Source: Mobula hypostoma
Taxonomy: Eukaryota
Length of the DNA stretch: 64,000 nucleotides
Direction of reading: 5' to 3'
Assembly (NCBI RefSeq): GCF_963921235.1
Contig: NC_086097.1
Span: 64,854,001 to 64,918,000 of the forward strand
A program made the position numbers and the translations under genes. The notes below the pieces were generated by a model that was given only the letters and a program-made list of their open reading frames with translations, was not told the origin of the DNA and did no database searches. Of this stretch, positions 39,601 through 52,523 are shown in pieces. How positions within the stretch are numbered: the first letter of the stretch is position 1; the number at the start of each line of letters is the position of its first letter.

Positions 39601-40805
39601 GAAGTTTGGGGAAAAAAGCAGCTAAAAAAGTATTATTTCAAAGTTTCCCTTTATTCATTTGTAAGGTGCTGCAAATGCACTCTCATGCCATTTGGATGCC
39701 GCTACAGATCCCTGCCCATTGGCATCAGAAGAGCCTTGTCCAGTTTTGTGCCTTCCTTCATTCGCCTCCTCAACACCCAATTTTGAGAATATTGTATGCA
39801 TAACACCTTTGTCAGTAAAAAAAGTCAGCTTTATTATGTGTATTTGTACTTCAAATTATATCCATTAATTTTTAGTATTTATTATCTATTGTGAGTATTT
39901 TATACTGTGTTTAAATAATTGTAGTGTGGTGTTGTGCATCTTAAGTTCTGTGATGTTGTTCTGCACAACATCATAGAACTTGAACAAACTAAGTACTGCA
40001 CAAACTAAGTTCCTCACGGAAAATAAAATGGTTTTTAAATCATTAAATTTATTATTAATAGAGACAGCAGCCACGTTGCAGTTGCTTTCTTTCAAACAGA
40101 CAACCAAGCTGAACTCCAATTTCAAGTTCTGCTTATTGTCATTCAACCGTACACATGGATACTGCCAAATGAAAGAAGTTCCTTGGGATCAAGGTGCACA
40201 ATACAGTACATATAACACACACACTTTAAGTAATATTACCACAAATAATAAAGTGCTTATTCAATACAGGTTATAAACAGTATAATGTGACTAGCACTTC
40301 ATAAGTGGTGGCGGGGGGGGGGGGGTAGCAGTCAGGGAAGAAGTTGTTTCACATCCTAACACTTCCTTTCCTAATGCTGTGGTACCTTCTGCTTGATGAT
40401 AGGGGTTCAAGAAGATTGTTGAATGGATGGGAGGGAATCATTGACAATGCTAAGGGCCGTACATATGTAGCACTCCTGATACGTATCTCTGATGGGTGGA
40501 AGACAGACCTCGATGACCCTCTCAGCAGTCCTCACAATCCTTTGTAGGGACTTGTGGTCAGATACCTTGCAATCCCCATACCAGAGAGTGATATAGCTGG
40601 TCAGGACACTCTTGACCGTGCTCCTGTAAAATTCTTGTTAAAAGGGGGGAGGGGGAGCCTAACTCACCTCAATCTCCACAGGAAGTGGAGACACTGCTGT
40701 GCTTTCTTGACCAAGGAGGTGGTGCTGAGGGCTAGGTGAGATCATTTATTATGCTCACTCCCAGAAACGTGGTGCTCCTAACTCTCTCTACAGAAGAGCC
40801 ATGTA

Positions 40806-42413
40806 CAGTGGCGTGCAAAAGTTTGGGCACCTCCGGTCAAAATTTCTGTTACTGTGAATATCTAAGCGAGTAGAAGATGACCTGATTTCCAAAAGACAAA
40901 GTTAATGATGACACAATTCTTTAATATTTTAAGCAAGATTACTTTTTTATTTCCATCTTGTACAGTTTCAAAACAACAAAAAAGGAAAAAGGCCTGAAGC
41001 AAAAGTTTGGGCACCCTGCATGGTCAGTACTTAGTAACACCCCCTTTGGCAAGTATCACAGCTTGTAAACACTTTCTGTAGACAGCCAAGAGTCTTTCAA
41101 TTCTTGTTTGGGGGATTTCGCCCATTCTTCCTTGCAAAAGGCTTCTAGTTCTGTGAGATTCTTGGGCTGTCTTGCATGCACTGCTCTTTTGAGGTCTATC
41201 CACAGATTTTTGATGATGTTTAGGTTGGGGGACTGTGAGGGCCATGGCAAAACCTTTAGCTTGAGGTAGTCCATTGTGGATTTTGAGCTGTGTTTAGGAT
41301 CATTATCCTGTTGTAGAAGCCATCTTCTTTTTATTTTCAGCTTTTTTTTTACAGACAGTGTGATGTTTGCTTCCAGAATTTGCTGATATTTAATTGAATT
41401 CATTCTTCCCTCTACCAGTGAAACGTTCCCCATGCCATTTGCTACAACACAAGCCCAAAGCATGACCGATCCACCCCCGTGCTTAACAGTTGTGAGGTGT
41501 TCTTTTCATGAAATTCTGCACCCTTTTTTCTCCAAACATACCTTTGCTCATTGCGGCCAAAAAGTTCTATTTTAACTTCATCAGTCCACAGGACTTGTTT
41601 CCATGCATCAGGCTTGTTTAGATGTTCCTTTGCAAACTTCTGACGCTGAATTTTATGGTGAGGATGCAGGAAAGGTTTTCTTCTGATGATTCTTCCATCA
41701 AGGTCATATTTGTGCAGGTGTCACTGCACAGTAGAACAGTGCACCACCACCCCAGAGTCTGCTAAATCTTCCTCAAGGTCTTTTGCAGTCAAACGGGGGT
41801 TTTGATTTGTCTTTCTAGCAATTCTACAAGCAGTTCTTTCAGAAAGTTTTCTTGGTCTTCCAGACCTCAACTTGACCTCCACCATTCCTGTCAACTGCCA
41901 TTTCTTAATTACATTACAAACTGAGGAAACAGCTACCTGAAAATGCTTTGCTATCTTCTTATAGCCTTCTCCTGCTTTGTGGGCATCATTTATTTTAATT
42001 TTCAGAATGCTAAGCAGCTGCTTAGAGGAGCCTATGGCTGCTGATTGTTGGGACAAAGTTTGAGGAGTCAGGGTATTTATAAAGCTTTGAAATTTGCATC
42101 ACCTGGTCTTTCCTAACGATGACTGTGAACAAGCCATTGCCCTAACAAGCTAATTAAGGTCTGAGACCTTGGTAAAAGTTATCTGAGAGCTCAAATCTCT
42201 TGGGGTGCGCAAACTTTTGCATAGTTGTCCTTTCCTTTTTTCACTCTAAACTTGTACAAAACAAAAATAATATACTAATCTTGCTTAAAATGTTGAAAAG
42301 AATGTTTCATCTTTAACGTTATGACTTCTGGAGATCAGTTTATCTTCTACTCACTTAACTATTCACAGTAACAGAAACTTTGACTAGGGTGCCCAAACTT
42401 TTACATGCCACTG
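40806..42413 (-). mobile_element. Complete Tc1-family DNA transposon (IR/DR type), defective
   Basis: TA TSD at 40804-05 and 42414-15; about 210-bp inverted repeats starting CAGTGGC, each with two caaaagtttgggcacc-like direct repeats. Confidence 0.95.
41024..42056 (-). pseudogene. Tc1 transposase, frameshifted
   Basis: GYKKIAK HTH, SGRPRK, WTDE, QQDNDPKH, WPSQSPNLNIIKNLW (catalytic E lost), AKGGVTKY. Confidence 0.92.
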
Positions 42414-45400
42414 TATGTGTAGTGAGGAATAGTCAGCCTGCACTTTCCTAAAGTTCACAATCATCTCTTTAGTCTTGTCCACATTGAGATTCAAATTGTT
42501 GTGCTGGAACCATTCTACCATTCTACCAGAGGCCTACCATTGTTGTGTCATCAGCAAACTTGACGATTGGGTTTGAGCTGAATCTGGCAGTGCGGTCATG
42601 TATCAGCAGCATAAACAGCATACTGAAGACACAGCCCTGCGGAGCACTGGTGCTCAGTGTGATGGAGATAGAGATGTTTCTGCCAACATTGATTGACCGT
42701 GCCCTTTCTGTCAAGAAATCTAGGATCCAGTTACAGAGAGCGGTGTTGAGACCCAGCAAGGACAGTTTACCCACCAGTTTCAAAGTTCCAAGTAAATTTA
42801 CTATCAAAGTACTTGTATGTCACTATATACAGCCCTGAGATTCCTTTTCTTGTGGGCATACTCAATAAATCCAGAATGGGATGATAACCATAATGGAATC
42901 AATGAAAGACCCCACCAATTGGGCACGCAACTAGTGTTCAAAAGACAATAAACTATTCAGACCCAAAATAGAAAGAAATAATAATAATAAATAAAGATCA
43001 AGAACATGACAGGAAGAATCCTTTAAAGTGAGTCTGTAGGATGTGGGAACATTTCAGTGATGGGGCAAGTGAAGGGGACACCATTCTGGTTAGATGTGCT
43101 CAGTGGTAGGGAGATCTTTACCTGTGATGGACTGGGCTGTATTCACTATTTTTTTGAAGGATTTTACAACCAAGGGCATTGGTGTTTCCACACCAGGCTC
43201 TGATGCAGCCAGGCAATAAACTCTCCCCCACACATCTATAAGTTTGTCAGAGTTTTAGACATCATGCTGAATCCTCACAAACTTCGAAGGAAGTAGGGAT
43301 GCTGCTTCTCTTCGTAATGGCACTTGCGTGCTGGGCCCAGGACAGTTCCTCTGAAATGATAACACTGAGGAATTTAAAGTTGCTGACTCTCTCCAACTCT
43401 GATCCTACGATGAGGACTGGCTGACAGACCTCTGGTTTCCTCCTCCTCAAGTCAATAATCAGCTCCCTGGTCTTGCTGAATTTGAGTAAGAGGTTCTTGT
43501 GGTACCCTCACCCTAGATGCTAATTCCTCCTTTGATTCTGCCCACCACAGTGGTGACCAAAAGAAGCTGAAGAGGGTTGTAAATTATTCGGCTCCACCTT
43601 GGGTTCTAGCCTACAAAGTACCCAGGACATCTTCAAGGAGCAGTGTTTCAGAAAGGCAGCATCCATTGTTAAGGACCTCCAGCACCCAGGGCATGCCTTT
43701 TTCTCACTGTTACCATCAGGTAGGAGGCACACACACAGCAATTCAGGAACAGCTTCTTCCCCTCTGCCATCCGATTTCTAAATGGACATTGAACTCTTGG
43801 ACACTACCTCACTCTTTTTTTAATATATAGTATTTCTGTTTTTTTGCATAATTTTTAATCTATTCAATATATGTATACTGTGTAAAGTATACTGAGTAAG
43901 ATTTACTTATTTATTTTTTTCTATATTATGTATTGCATTGAAGAGCTGCTACTAAGTTAACAAATATCATGTCACATGCCGGTGATAATAAACCTGATTC
44001 TGATTCATCAGCAGCTTGAAAGTGGGATTGGAGCTGTGCTCAGCCACACAGTCACAAGTATAAAGTGAGGAGAGCAGGGGCTAAGCACACAGCCTTGTGG
44101 TGCACCTTTGCTGATGGTAAATTGTAGGGGAGATGTTGTTGCCAATCTAAACTGAGTGGGATCTGCAAGGATCCAATTGCACAAGGAGGTATTGAGGCCA
44201 AAGTCTTGAAGCTTATTGATTAGTTTTGAGGGGCTGGTAGTATTGAACACCGAGATGTACTCAATAAAGAGCACGTATGCATCTTGGATGTCCAGATGTT
44301 TCAGGGTTGTGTGACGAGCCATTGAAATGGCATGTGCTATGAATCTGTTGTGCCAGTAGGAAATTGGAGTGGATCCAAGTGACTTCTCAGGCAGAAGTTG
44401 AACACTCTACTGGATGATAGTCACTGAGGCAGGTTACCATATTCTTCTTAGGCACCGACATGTGAAGCCTGCTTGAAGCAGGTGGGTACCTCAGACTGCT
44501 GAAGTGAGAGGTTAAAGATCTCAGTGAACACTCCAGCCAGTTGATCAGCACAAATATTTAGTACTTGACCAGGTACTCCATCTGGGCCAGATGCTTTTAG
44601 TAGGTCCAGCCTCCTGAAGGATGTTCGTATGTGGGCCTCAGAGTCTGAAATCATAGGATCTTTGGAGGCTTTCTCCATTCAGAGTCAGAATCAGAATCAG
44701 GTTTAATATCACGGGCATATGTCTTGAAGTTTGTTGCAATGTGGCAGGAGTACATTGCAAGACATAATAATACAAACGTTTGTAAAAAATTGCAAATTGT
44801 TGTAGATATATAAAAGTTAAATTAAATAAATAGTGCAAAAAGGAAAAAAAGTAGTGAGGTAGTGTCCATGGGTTCATTGTCCATTGAGAAATCTGATGAC
44901 AGAGGCGAAGAAGCTATTCCTGAATCGTTGAGTGTGTGCCTTCAGGCTCCTGTACCTCCTCCCTGATGGTCACAATGAGAAGAAGGCATGTCCTGGGTGA
45001 TGGGGGTCCTTAATAATGGACTCCACCTTTTTGAGGCGTCACTCCTTGAAGATGTCTTGGATGTTTAGTCCATGAGGGAGCTGACTGAGTTCACAACTTT
45101 CTGCAGCTTATTTTGACCCAGTGCAGTGCCTCCTCCCCATACCAGGCAGTGATGCAGCCAGTCAGAATGCTGACAATGGTACATCTATAGAAATTTGTGA
45201 GTGTCTTGGTGACATAGCAAATTTCTTCAAATTCTAATGAAATATAGGAATTTGGCAGTCAAAGCGAGCTTACAAGGCACTGAACTCATCTGGAAGCAAA
45301 GCCCTGTTGCCTGTGTCATTTGATTTTACCTTATGAGAGATGATAGCTTCTGAAGAATGAATATATTAAACACTGAGCTGGAGTCAATAAACAGCATCCT

Positions 45401-46210
45401 GACACATGAGGCTCCATTTTCCAGGTGGGACAGGACAGCGTCTAGGCTACACTCATGGACAGTAGCCGCCTAAACATCAAAGACACCTTCAAGGAGCGAG
45501 GCCTCAAAAAGGGGCGTCCATCTTTAAGGACCCCCATCACCCAGGAGTGTAGCGACTATGGCGTCATCAGTGGACTGATTTGGGCAACAGCGAGCTGGAA
45601 AGGGTCCAATGTGGCAGGAAGATGGGATTTAACGTGATCCATAACCAGCCGCTCCAAGCACTTCACTATTGTTGAGGTCAGTGCCACTGGATGGTAGTCA
45701 CTGAGGCAGGTTACTTGGACACAGGGGTTATGGTGGTTGCCTCGAAGCCTGAGGCAACAGCAGACTGTTCCGGAGAGACGTTGAAGGTGTTTGTTCAGGA
45801 AGAGGAGCATCACTTCTGTTGATACGCAGGGCGGACTTGTAGTCCGTAAAGGTGTGAAAGTCCTCCCACACGTGCCTCATTTCCCTGCTGTCTCTGTGAG
45901 TAATCCTGATTTGCCTTCCTGATGGTGCAGGATGGCTGAGAGCTGCCTTAACCTGCAATTTTAAGGCAGTATCCCGATTGCTCAGCTGTGCCTGGTCTGC
46001 TGCTGTCAGCCATGGCTTCTGATTTGTCCTCACATTGACGTGTTTAGTAATGGTGACGTTCTCAGTGTGAGTCACAGATCTCGCATATTCACCGATGTTA
46101 ATATAATGGTCACTGGTAGACGCCTCCCTGAAAATGGTCCAGTCCTTGTTTCCAAAACAGTCCTGTAACGCTGCTGTTGTTCCTTCTGGCCAGGTCTTTA
46201 TCTCCCCTTG

Positions 46211-46402
46211 TGACACACACAAAATGTGGAGGAACTCAGCAGGCCAGGCAGCAACTATGGAGAAGAGTACAGCTGACGTTTAGGGCCGGAGAAAAAAAGA
46301 TGAGGAGTCAGAGTTGGTGCGGGGGGGGGGAGGGGAGGGAGAAACACAAGGTGATAGATGAAACGGGGGTGGGGAAAGCAGAGGTGAAGTAAAGATTGGG
46401 AA
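46211..46402 (-). mobile_element. Short Penelope-terminus-derived insertion
   Basis: TSD CTCCCCTTG / CTCCCTTTG (46202-46210, 46403-46411); interrupts the Rex frame PVQRE|IKTWPEG; degenerate hammerhead half. Confidence 0.7.
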
Positions 46403-46498
46403 CTCCCTTTGAACTGGTCTGACACATTTAATCAGTGGTTGGTATGCATAAATTAGTATAACAGATAAGTGGTCAGAGTATCCAACATGGGGACGAGG

Positions 46499-47301
46499 CA
46501 CGAGGAATTCTGCAGATGCTGGAAATTCAAGCAACACACATCAAAGTTGCTGGTGAACGCAGCAGGCCAGGCAGCATATCTAGGAAGAGGTACAATCAAC
46601 GTTTCAGGCCGAGACTCTTCGTCAGGACTAACTGAAGAAAGAGTTAGTAAGAGATTTGGAAGTGGGAGGGGGAGGGGGAGATCCAAAATGATAGGAGAAG
46701 ACAGGAGGGGGAGGGATGGAGCCAAGAGCTGGGCAGGTGATTGGCAAAGGGGATATGAGAGGATCATGGGACAGGAGGTCCAGGGAGAAGGAAAAGGAGG
46801 AGGGGGGGAAAAACCCAGAGGATGGGCAAGGGGTATAGTCAGAGGGACAGAGGAAGAGAAAGGAGAGAGGGAGAAAGCATGTGTGTATATAAATAAATAA
46901 CGGATGGGGTATGAGGGGGAAGTGGGGCATTAGCGGAAGTTTGAGAAGTCAGTGTTCATGCCACCAGGTTGGAGGCTACCCAGACGGAATATAAGGTGTT
47001 GTTCCTCCAACCTGAGTGTGGCTTCACCTTTACAGTAGAGGAGGCCGTGGATAGACATGTCAGAATGGGAATGGGATGTGGAATTAAAATGTGTGGCCAC
47101 TGGGAGATGCTGCTTTCTCTGGCGGACAGAGCATAGGTGTTCAGCAAAATGATCTCCCAGTCTGCGTTGGGTCTCGCCAACACATAGAAGGCCACATCGG
47201 GAGCACCAGACGCAGTATATCACCCCTGCCGACTCACAGGTGAAGTGTCGCCTCACCTGGAAGGACTGTCTGGGGCCCTGAATGGTGGTAAGGGAGGAAG
47301 A
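46499..47301 (-). mobile_element. 5'-truncated Penelope-like element (GIY-YIG + terminus)
   Basis: VIYCVWCSRCGLLCVGETQRRL..RLEEQHLIFRLG; imperfect TSD GACGAGG/GACGGGG (46492-46498, 47302-47308). Confidence 0.9.
46594..46629 (-). ncRNA. Minimal hammerhead ribozyme motif (GUU site, weakened stems)
   Basis: agtc-CTGACGA-agagtctcggcct-GAAAC-GTT-gatt. Confidence 0.7.
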
Positions 47302-48729
47302 GACGGGGAGCAGCTTTGTTTGCACCAGACATGTTGGTATAAACCAGGTCTAATATGTTCTCACCTCTGATAGCCAAGTCAATATGCTAATAGAACGACA
47401 ACAGGACTGTTTTTAAGTTAACATGGTTGAAGTCACCAGTAACAATAAAGAAACCACTGGGGTGTGTGGTTTGCAAGTAAAACTCACTCAGCATTAGCAC
47501 AGGGGCGGGTGGGGTGCAGTATACAGCCACAATCACTACAACAGTGAACTCTCTCGGTAAATAGAATCGTCTGCACTTCACCACTGAGAACTCTACTGTG
47601 GGTGAACATCACAACCAAAGCGCTCACACACCAGTTCTTAACAACGTAGATACATACATCTCACCTCAAGTCTTGCCTGAGGTCGCAGGAAGCCCGAAGA
47701 CCTGAAAAGTGATGAAACCTTCGAGCTGGATAGCTGCTTCAGGGACGGAGCCACGTTTCCGTCAAAATGAGCGTGCAGCAGATCTCAAGCTGATCAGTCT
47801 CAGACGCAGGCAATCTAGTTTATTTTCTAGTGATCGAATGCTTGAAAGCAGAATCGACGGGAGAACTGGCCTGAAGGGGTTCGTCTTTAGTCTCACATGA
47901 ATACCAGCACAATTTCCTGGCTTTTGTTTCCTTGCGTACTTCCTCCTCGGCTGGGTAGTTGTTGCAGACAACAACACGGTTGCAATAGGCCCCTGCTGCG
48001 GAGCTCATCTGGCCAACAAATTGATAGTGAGGTCGAATTGCGGTGCTGATTTTCTTAATATCTAGCAGTGTCTTGCAATCATAAGAAGGATGTAAAGGAC
48101 AAACAATTACACCATTACTTGGAGCCCTAGTGGCCGCTGTGACTGGATGCAGCGCCATCTTGCTAAGCCTTCTATCCCACACACAGTTGTTACAATACTA
48201 GCCTGCAAATAATCCATTTTGTATAATTCTTAATGAGGTGACACCATTAAAGGAACAATTATTGGCCATGTACCAATATTACAAGCAACCTTTTATGTTA
48301 CATCTCTTCTATATAATAAAAGGTGAAAAGAAATGGGGAAAAAATACTGTAATTATTCAGTTTCGGTGAAGGTTACCATAATACAAAGTCATCAAGATAC
48401 TGAGGTAAACTGGCCTTGACCTCACTGTTTATCCCAGGCTTGCAGAAGCTTTCTCTCACAACTATTCACTCCCAGGTCAGAGGGGTGTTTTTATCAAGCT
48501 GTTCCATCACAGCTTGGGAAAAATTACCCATTCACCTCTGAAGGACAGATCACCTTGAGATCCTAGTTCAATTGTCACATAAAATTATGGTGTGAGAAAG
48601 TGTATAATCCCATTCTGTCTCTTTTCATCCTGTTCTGAATAACTTGCTTCAGACTCACAATCATTTTGTCTGGTAGTCACTTCAATTTCCTGAGCCAACA
48701 GTCTCAGAGACCAAATATTTGGAGTAGGC

Positions 48730-49855
48730 TTACCCACAAAAGGCAGAGAATGGTAATAGATGGAGGGTATTCTGCCTAGAAGCCAGTACCTAGTCGGAGT
48801 TCCATGGGAATCTGTTTTGGGATCCTGCTCTTTGCGATTTTTATAAATGACTTGGATGAAGAAGTGGAAGGGTGGGGCAGCAAGGTATTGTGGATAGTGT
48901 AGAAGGTTGTTGTAGGTTACAAAAGGATTTAGACAGGATGCAGAGTTGGGCGGAGAAGTGGCAGATGGAGTTCAATCGGAAAAGTGAGAAGTGATACATT
49001 TTGGAAGATCAAAATACAGGCAGAGTACAGGGTTAATAGCAGGATTCTTGGAAATGTAGAGGAGCGACGGTCCTAGTCCATAGATCCCTCAGAGCTGCCA
49101 CCCAAATTAATATGTGGTTAAGACGGAGTATGATGTGATGACTTTCATTATTGAGTTCAAGAGTCACAAGGCAATGATGCAGTTCTATAAAACTCTGGAA
49201 GAACCACACAAGAGTATTGTGTTCAGCTCTGGTTGCCTCATTATAGGACAGTTGCGGAAGCTCTGGAGAGGGTGCGAAGGAGATTTACCAGGTTGCTGCT
49301 TGGATTAGATTAGATTCAATTCTATTGTCATTGTGCCGAGTACAGATACAAAGCCAATGAAATGCAGTTAGCATCTAACGAGGAATGCAAAGAATAGCTT
49401 TATTTACAAAATAACTGTGAATAAAAACATAGAGAACATACGAAGAAATGCTGAATGTTGCTCTGGAGCAACAGAGGATGGAGGTTAGTGGATAAACCTG
49501 TTGAATATTATGAGAGGCATAGTTAGAGTGGACAGCCAGCACCTTTCTCCCCACTGCCCAATACCCAAGGACATCCATTTAAGGAGAGTGGAGGAAAGTT
49601 AAGAGGAGGTGTCAGAAGTGGGTTTTTATTTTACACAGAGAGTAGTGGGTGCCTAGCTTGAACTGCCAGGAGAGGCAGTAGAAGCTGATACAACAGGGAT
49701 AATTTCAGAAGTCTCTTAGATAGGCACATAGATGTAAGAAAAATGGAGGGTTATTGCTGTGTAGGAGGGAAGGGTAAGATTGATGGTAGAGTAGGCTTCT
49801 ATTGGTTGGAATAATATTATAGGCAAAAGGACGCATACAGAGTGTGTAATGTTCG
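48730..49855 (+). mobile_element. CR1 RT/3' fragment (decayed) with a small LINE-tail insertion near 49305-49430
   Basis: Remnants of GVPxGSVLG, FINDLDE, WAEKWQMEFN and a CR1 3' end. Confidence 0.8.
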
Positions 49856-50673
49856 AAGACTATGTTCCATATCTCACCGTGTTGATTGCTCAATATACTC
49901 AGCATTTCCTGTGTAAAGGTGGGCTTCGCCAAATATATTGCTGATATGCATATGGTTTCCCAGACAATGCTGAATCTTCAAGGCTGAAGTGACGGATGTT
50001 TATATTGAATCAGTCTTTATGACCTTGTCATTATTGTATCTTTATCTGTTGTCCTAGCTTCTCAACTGTAATAGCTCCAAGTGTGACATCTTTCTACTAA
50101 AATGAAATCCACAATATATCACCTCTGAATCTGGATTCACCAACTTTTGAAATGATTTCTGTAAGGTTTCACATGCTTCTTTCATCACAATGCTGGCTAA
50201 CCTGCTGAGGCTTCAAAGAGTCTCTCTGGAATCTACTGTCCCCAAACATTATTGAAATGCCAAACCTTTGGAGGCATGCAATTCAGCCGTTGTGGGGGGT
50301 ATGACAGTAGTAAAGGGACAATTAAGTACACCAGTTTTCAATTCAAATACCCTCTCTATACTTTTCTTTCATTCCACGCTCATTCTATTGTCCTTTCTCA
50401 ATTATTGTCTGAGACTTATATTGTATATGGTGCCTATTGTACTATTAACTCATAGCACTCCCAGAACATTCTGGAGAGCTGGTGGAGAAAAAAAAACTAT
50501 TACCAATATACGTTCTTAATAGATGTGCATAAATGAAGCAGTAAAAAAATGGGAATAAAAGATCTATGTTTACCATCAAAACATCAAGGGCATTTTGTTT
50601 GAGATACTGCAATGTGCAAAAGAAGGCAAATCACACTGATAATTTTAAAAGTAAGTAAACAAACAATGCTTAC

Positions 50674-50752
50674 TCGGCCTGAGACGTCGACTGTACCTCT
50701 TCCTATAGATGCTGCCTGGCCTGCTGCGTTCACCAGCAACTTTTATGTGTGT
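50674..50752 (+). mobile_element. 79-bp Penelope terminal fragment
   Basis: Flanked by TGCTTAC at 50667-50673 and 50753-50759; inverted copy of about 50841-50925. Confidence 0.75.
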
Positions 50753-50906
50753 TGCTTACATGAGAAACCTTAGGTTTCACTAGCTATTTGACCTGAACAA
50801 TGAAATGGAGACAACAGGAATTCTGCAGATGCTGGAAATTCAAGCAACATACATCAAAGTTGCTGGTGAACGCAGCAGGCCAAGCAGCATCTGTAGGAAG
50901 AGGCGC

Positions 50907-50942
50907 AGTCGACGTTTCAGGCCGAGACCCTTCGTCAGGACT
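50907..50942 (-). ncRNA. Minimal type I hammerhead ribozyme motif
   Basis: agtc-CTGACGA-agggtctcggcct-GAAAC-GTC-gact; 4-bp stem I agtc/gact. Confidence 0.85.
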
Positions 50943-51235
50943 AACTGAAGGAAGAGTGAGTAAGGGATTTGAAAGCTGGAGGGGGAGGGGGAGATACAAA
51001 ATGATAGGAGAAGACAGGAGGGGGAGGGATAGAGCCGAGAGCTGGACAGGTGATAGGCAAAAGGGGATACGAGAGGATCATGGGACAGGAGGCCTAGGGA
51101 GAAAGACGGGGGGGGGGTTACCCAGAGGATGGGCAAGAGGTATATTCAGAGGGACAGAGGGAGAAAAAGGAGAGTGAGAGAAAGAATGTGTGCATAAAAA
51201 TGAGTAACAGCTGGGGTACGAGGGGGAGGTGGGGC

Positions 51236-52523
51236 CTAGCAGAAGTTAGAGAAGTCAATGTTCATGCCATCAGGTTGGAGGCTACCCAGACGGAATATAA
51301 GGTGTTGTTCCTCCAACCTGAGTGTGGCTTCATCTTTACAGTAGAGGAGGCCATGGATAGACATGTCAGAATGGGAATGGGATGTGGAATTAAAATGTGT
51401 GGCCACTGGAAGATCCTGCTTTCTCTGGCGGACAGAGCGTAGATGTTCAGCAAAGCGGTCTCCCAGTCTGCGTCGGGTCTCACCAATATATAAAAGGCCA
51501 CATCGGGAGCACCGGACGCAGTATATCACCCCAGTCAACTCACAGGTGAAGTGATGCCTCACCTGGAAGGACTGTTTGGGGCCCTGAATGGTGGTAAGGG
51601 AGGAAGTGTAAGGGCATGTGTAGCACTTGTTCCGCTTACACGGATAAGTGCCAGGAGGGAGATCAGTGGGGAGGGATGGGGGGGGACGAATGGACAAGGG
51701 AGTTGTGTAGGGAGCGATCCCTGCGGAATGCAGAGAGGGGGGGGAGGGAAAGATGTGCTTAGTGGTGGGATCCCGTTGGAGGTGGCGGAAGTTACAGAGA
51801 ATAATATGTTGGACCCGGAGGCTGGTGGGGTGGTAGGTGAGGACCAGGGGAACCCTATTCCTAGTGGGGTGGTGGGAGGATGGAGTGAGAGCAGATGTAC
51901 GTGAAATGGAGGAGATGCGTTTAAGAGCAGAGTTGATAGTGGAGGAAGGGAAGCCCCTTTCTTTAAAAAATGAAGACATCTCCCTCGTCCTAGAATGAAA
52001 AGCCTCATCCTGAGAGCAGATGCGGCGGAGACGGAGGAATTGCGAGAAGGGGATGGCGTTTTTGCAAGAGACAGGGTGAGAAGAGGAATAGTCCAGATAG
52101 CTGTGAGAGTCAGTAGGCTTATAGTAGATATCAGTGGATAAGCTGTCTCCAGAGACAGAGACAGAAAGATCTAGAAAGGGGAGGGAGGTGTCGGAAATAG
52201 ACCAGGTAAACTTGAGGGCAGGGTGAAAGTTGGAGGCAAAGTTAATAAAGTCAACGAGTTCTGCATGCGTGCAGGAAGCAGCGCCAATGCAGTCGTCGAT
52301 ATAGCGAAGGAAAAGTGGGGGACAGATACCAGAATAGGCACGGAACATAGATTGTTCCACAAACCCAACAAAAAGGCAGGCATAGCTAGGACCCATACGG
52401 GTGCCCATAGCTACACCTTTAGTTTGGAGGAAATGGGAGGAGCAAAAGGAGAAATTATTAAGAGTAAGGACTAATTCCGCTAGACGGAGCAGAGTGGTGG
52501 TAGAGGGGAACTGATTAGGTCTG
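51236..52523 (-). pseudogene. Penelope RT (C-half) + GIY-YIG endonuclease, 5'-truncated but stop-free
   Basis: QTKGVAMGTRMGPSYA, RYIDD, FLDL, YYKPT, CxxxxCxxC, VIYCVRCSRCGLLYIGET..R..EH..E..G.N. Confidence 0.93.

Larger units (their letters stand above)
40100..48165 (-). mobile_element. Rex-Babar LINE pile-up: a probable host element plus several nested Rex-Babar pieces in both orientations
   Basis: 5' caagatggcgc (about 48152-48162); APE remnants (YLPREFT, GDFNH, SDH); [21 protein letters not shown]; several independent 3' tails (42780, 43990, 44680). Confidence 0.75.
50812..52523 (-). mobile_element. 5'-truncated Penelope-like retroelement
   Basis: Perfect 10-bp TSD GAAATGGAGA at 50802-50811 and 52524-52533; RT + GIY-YIG ORF; hammerhead in the terminus. 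Confidence 0.95.
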
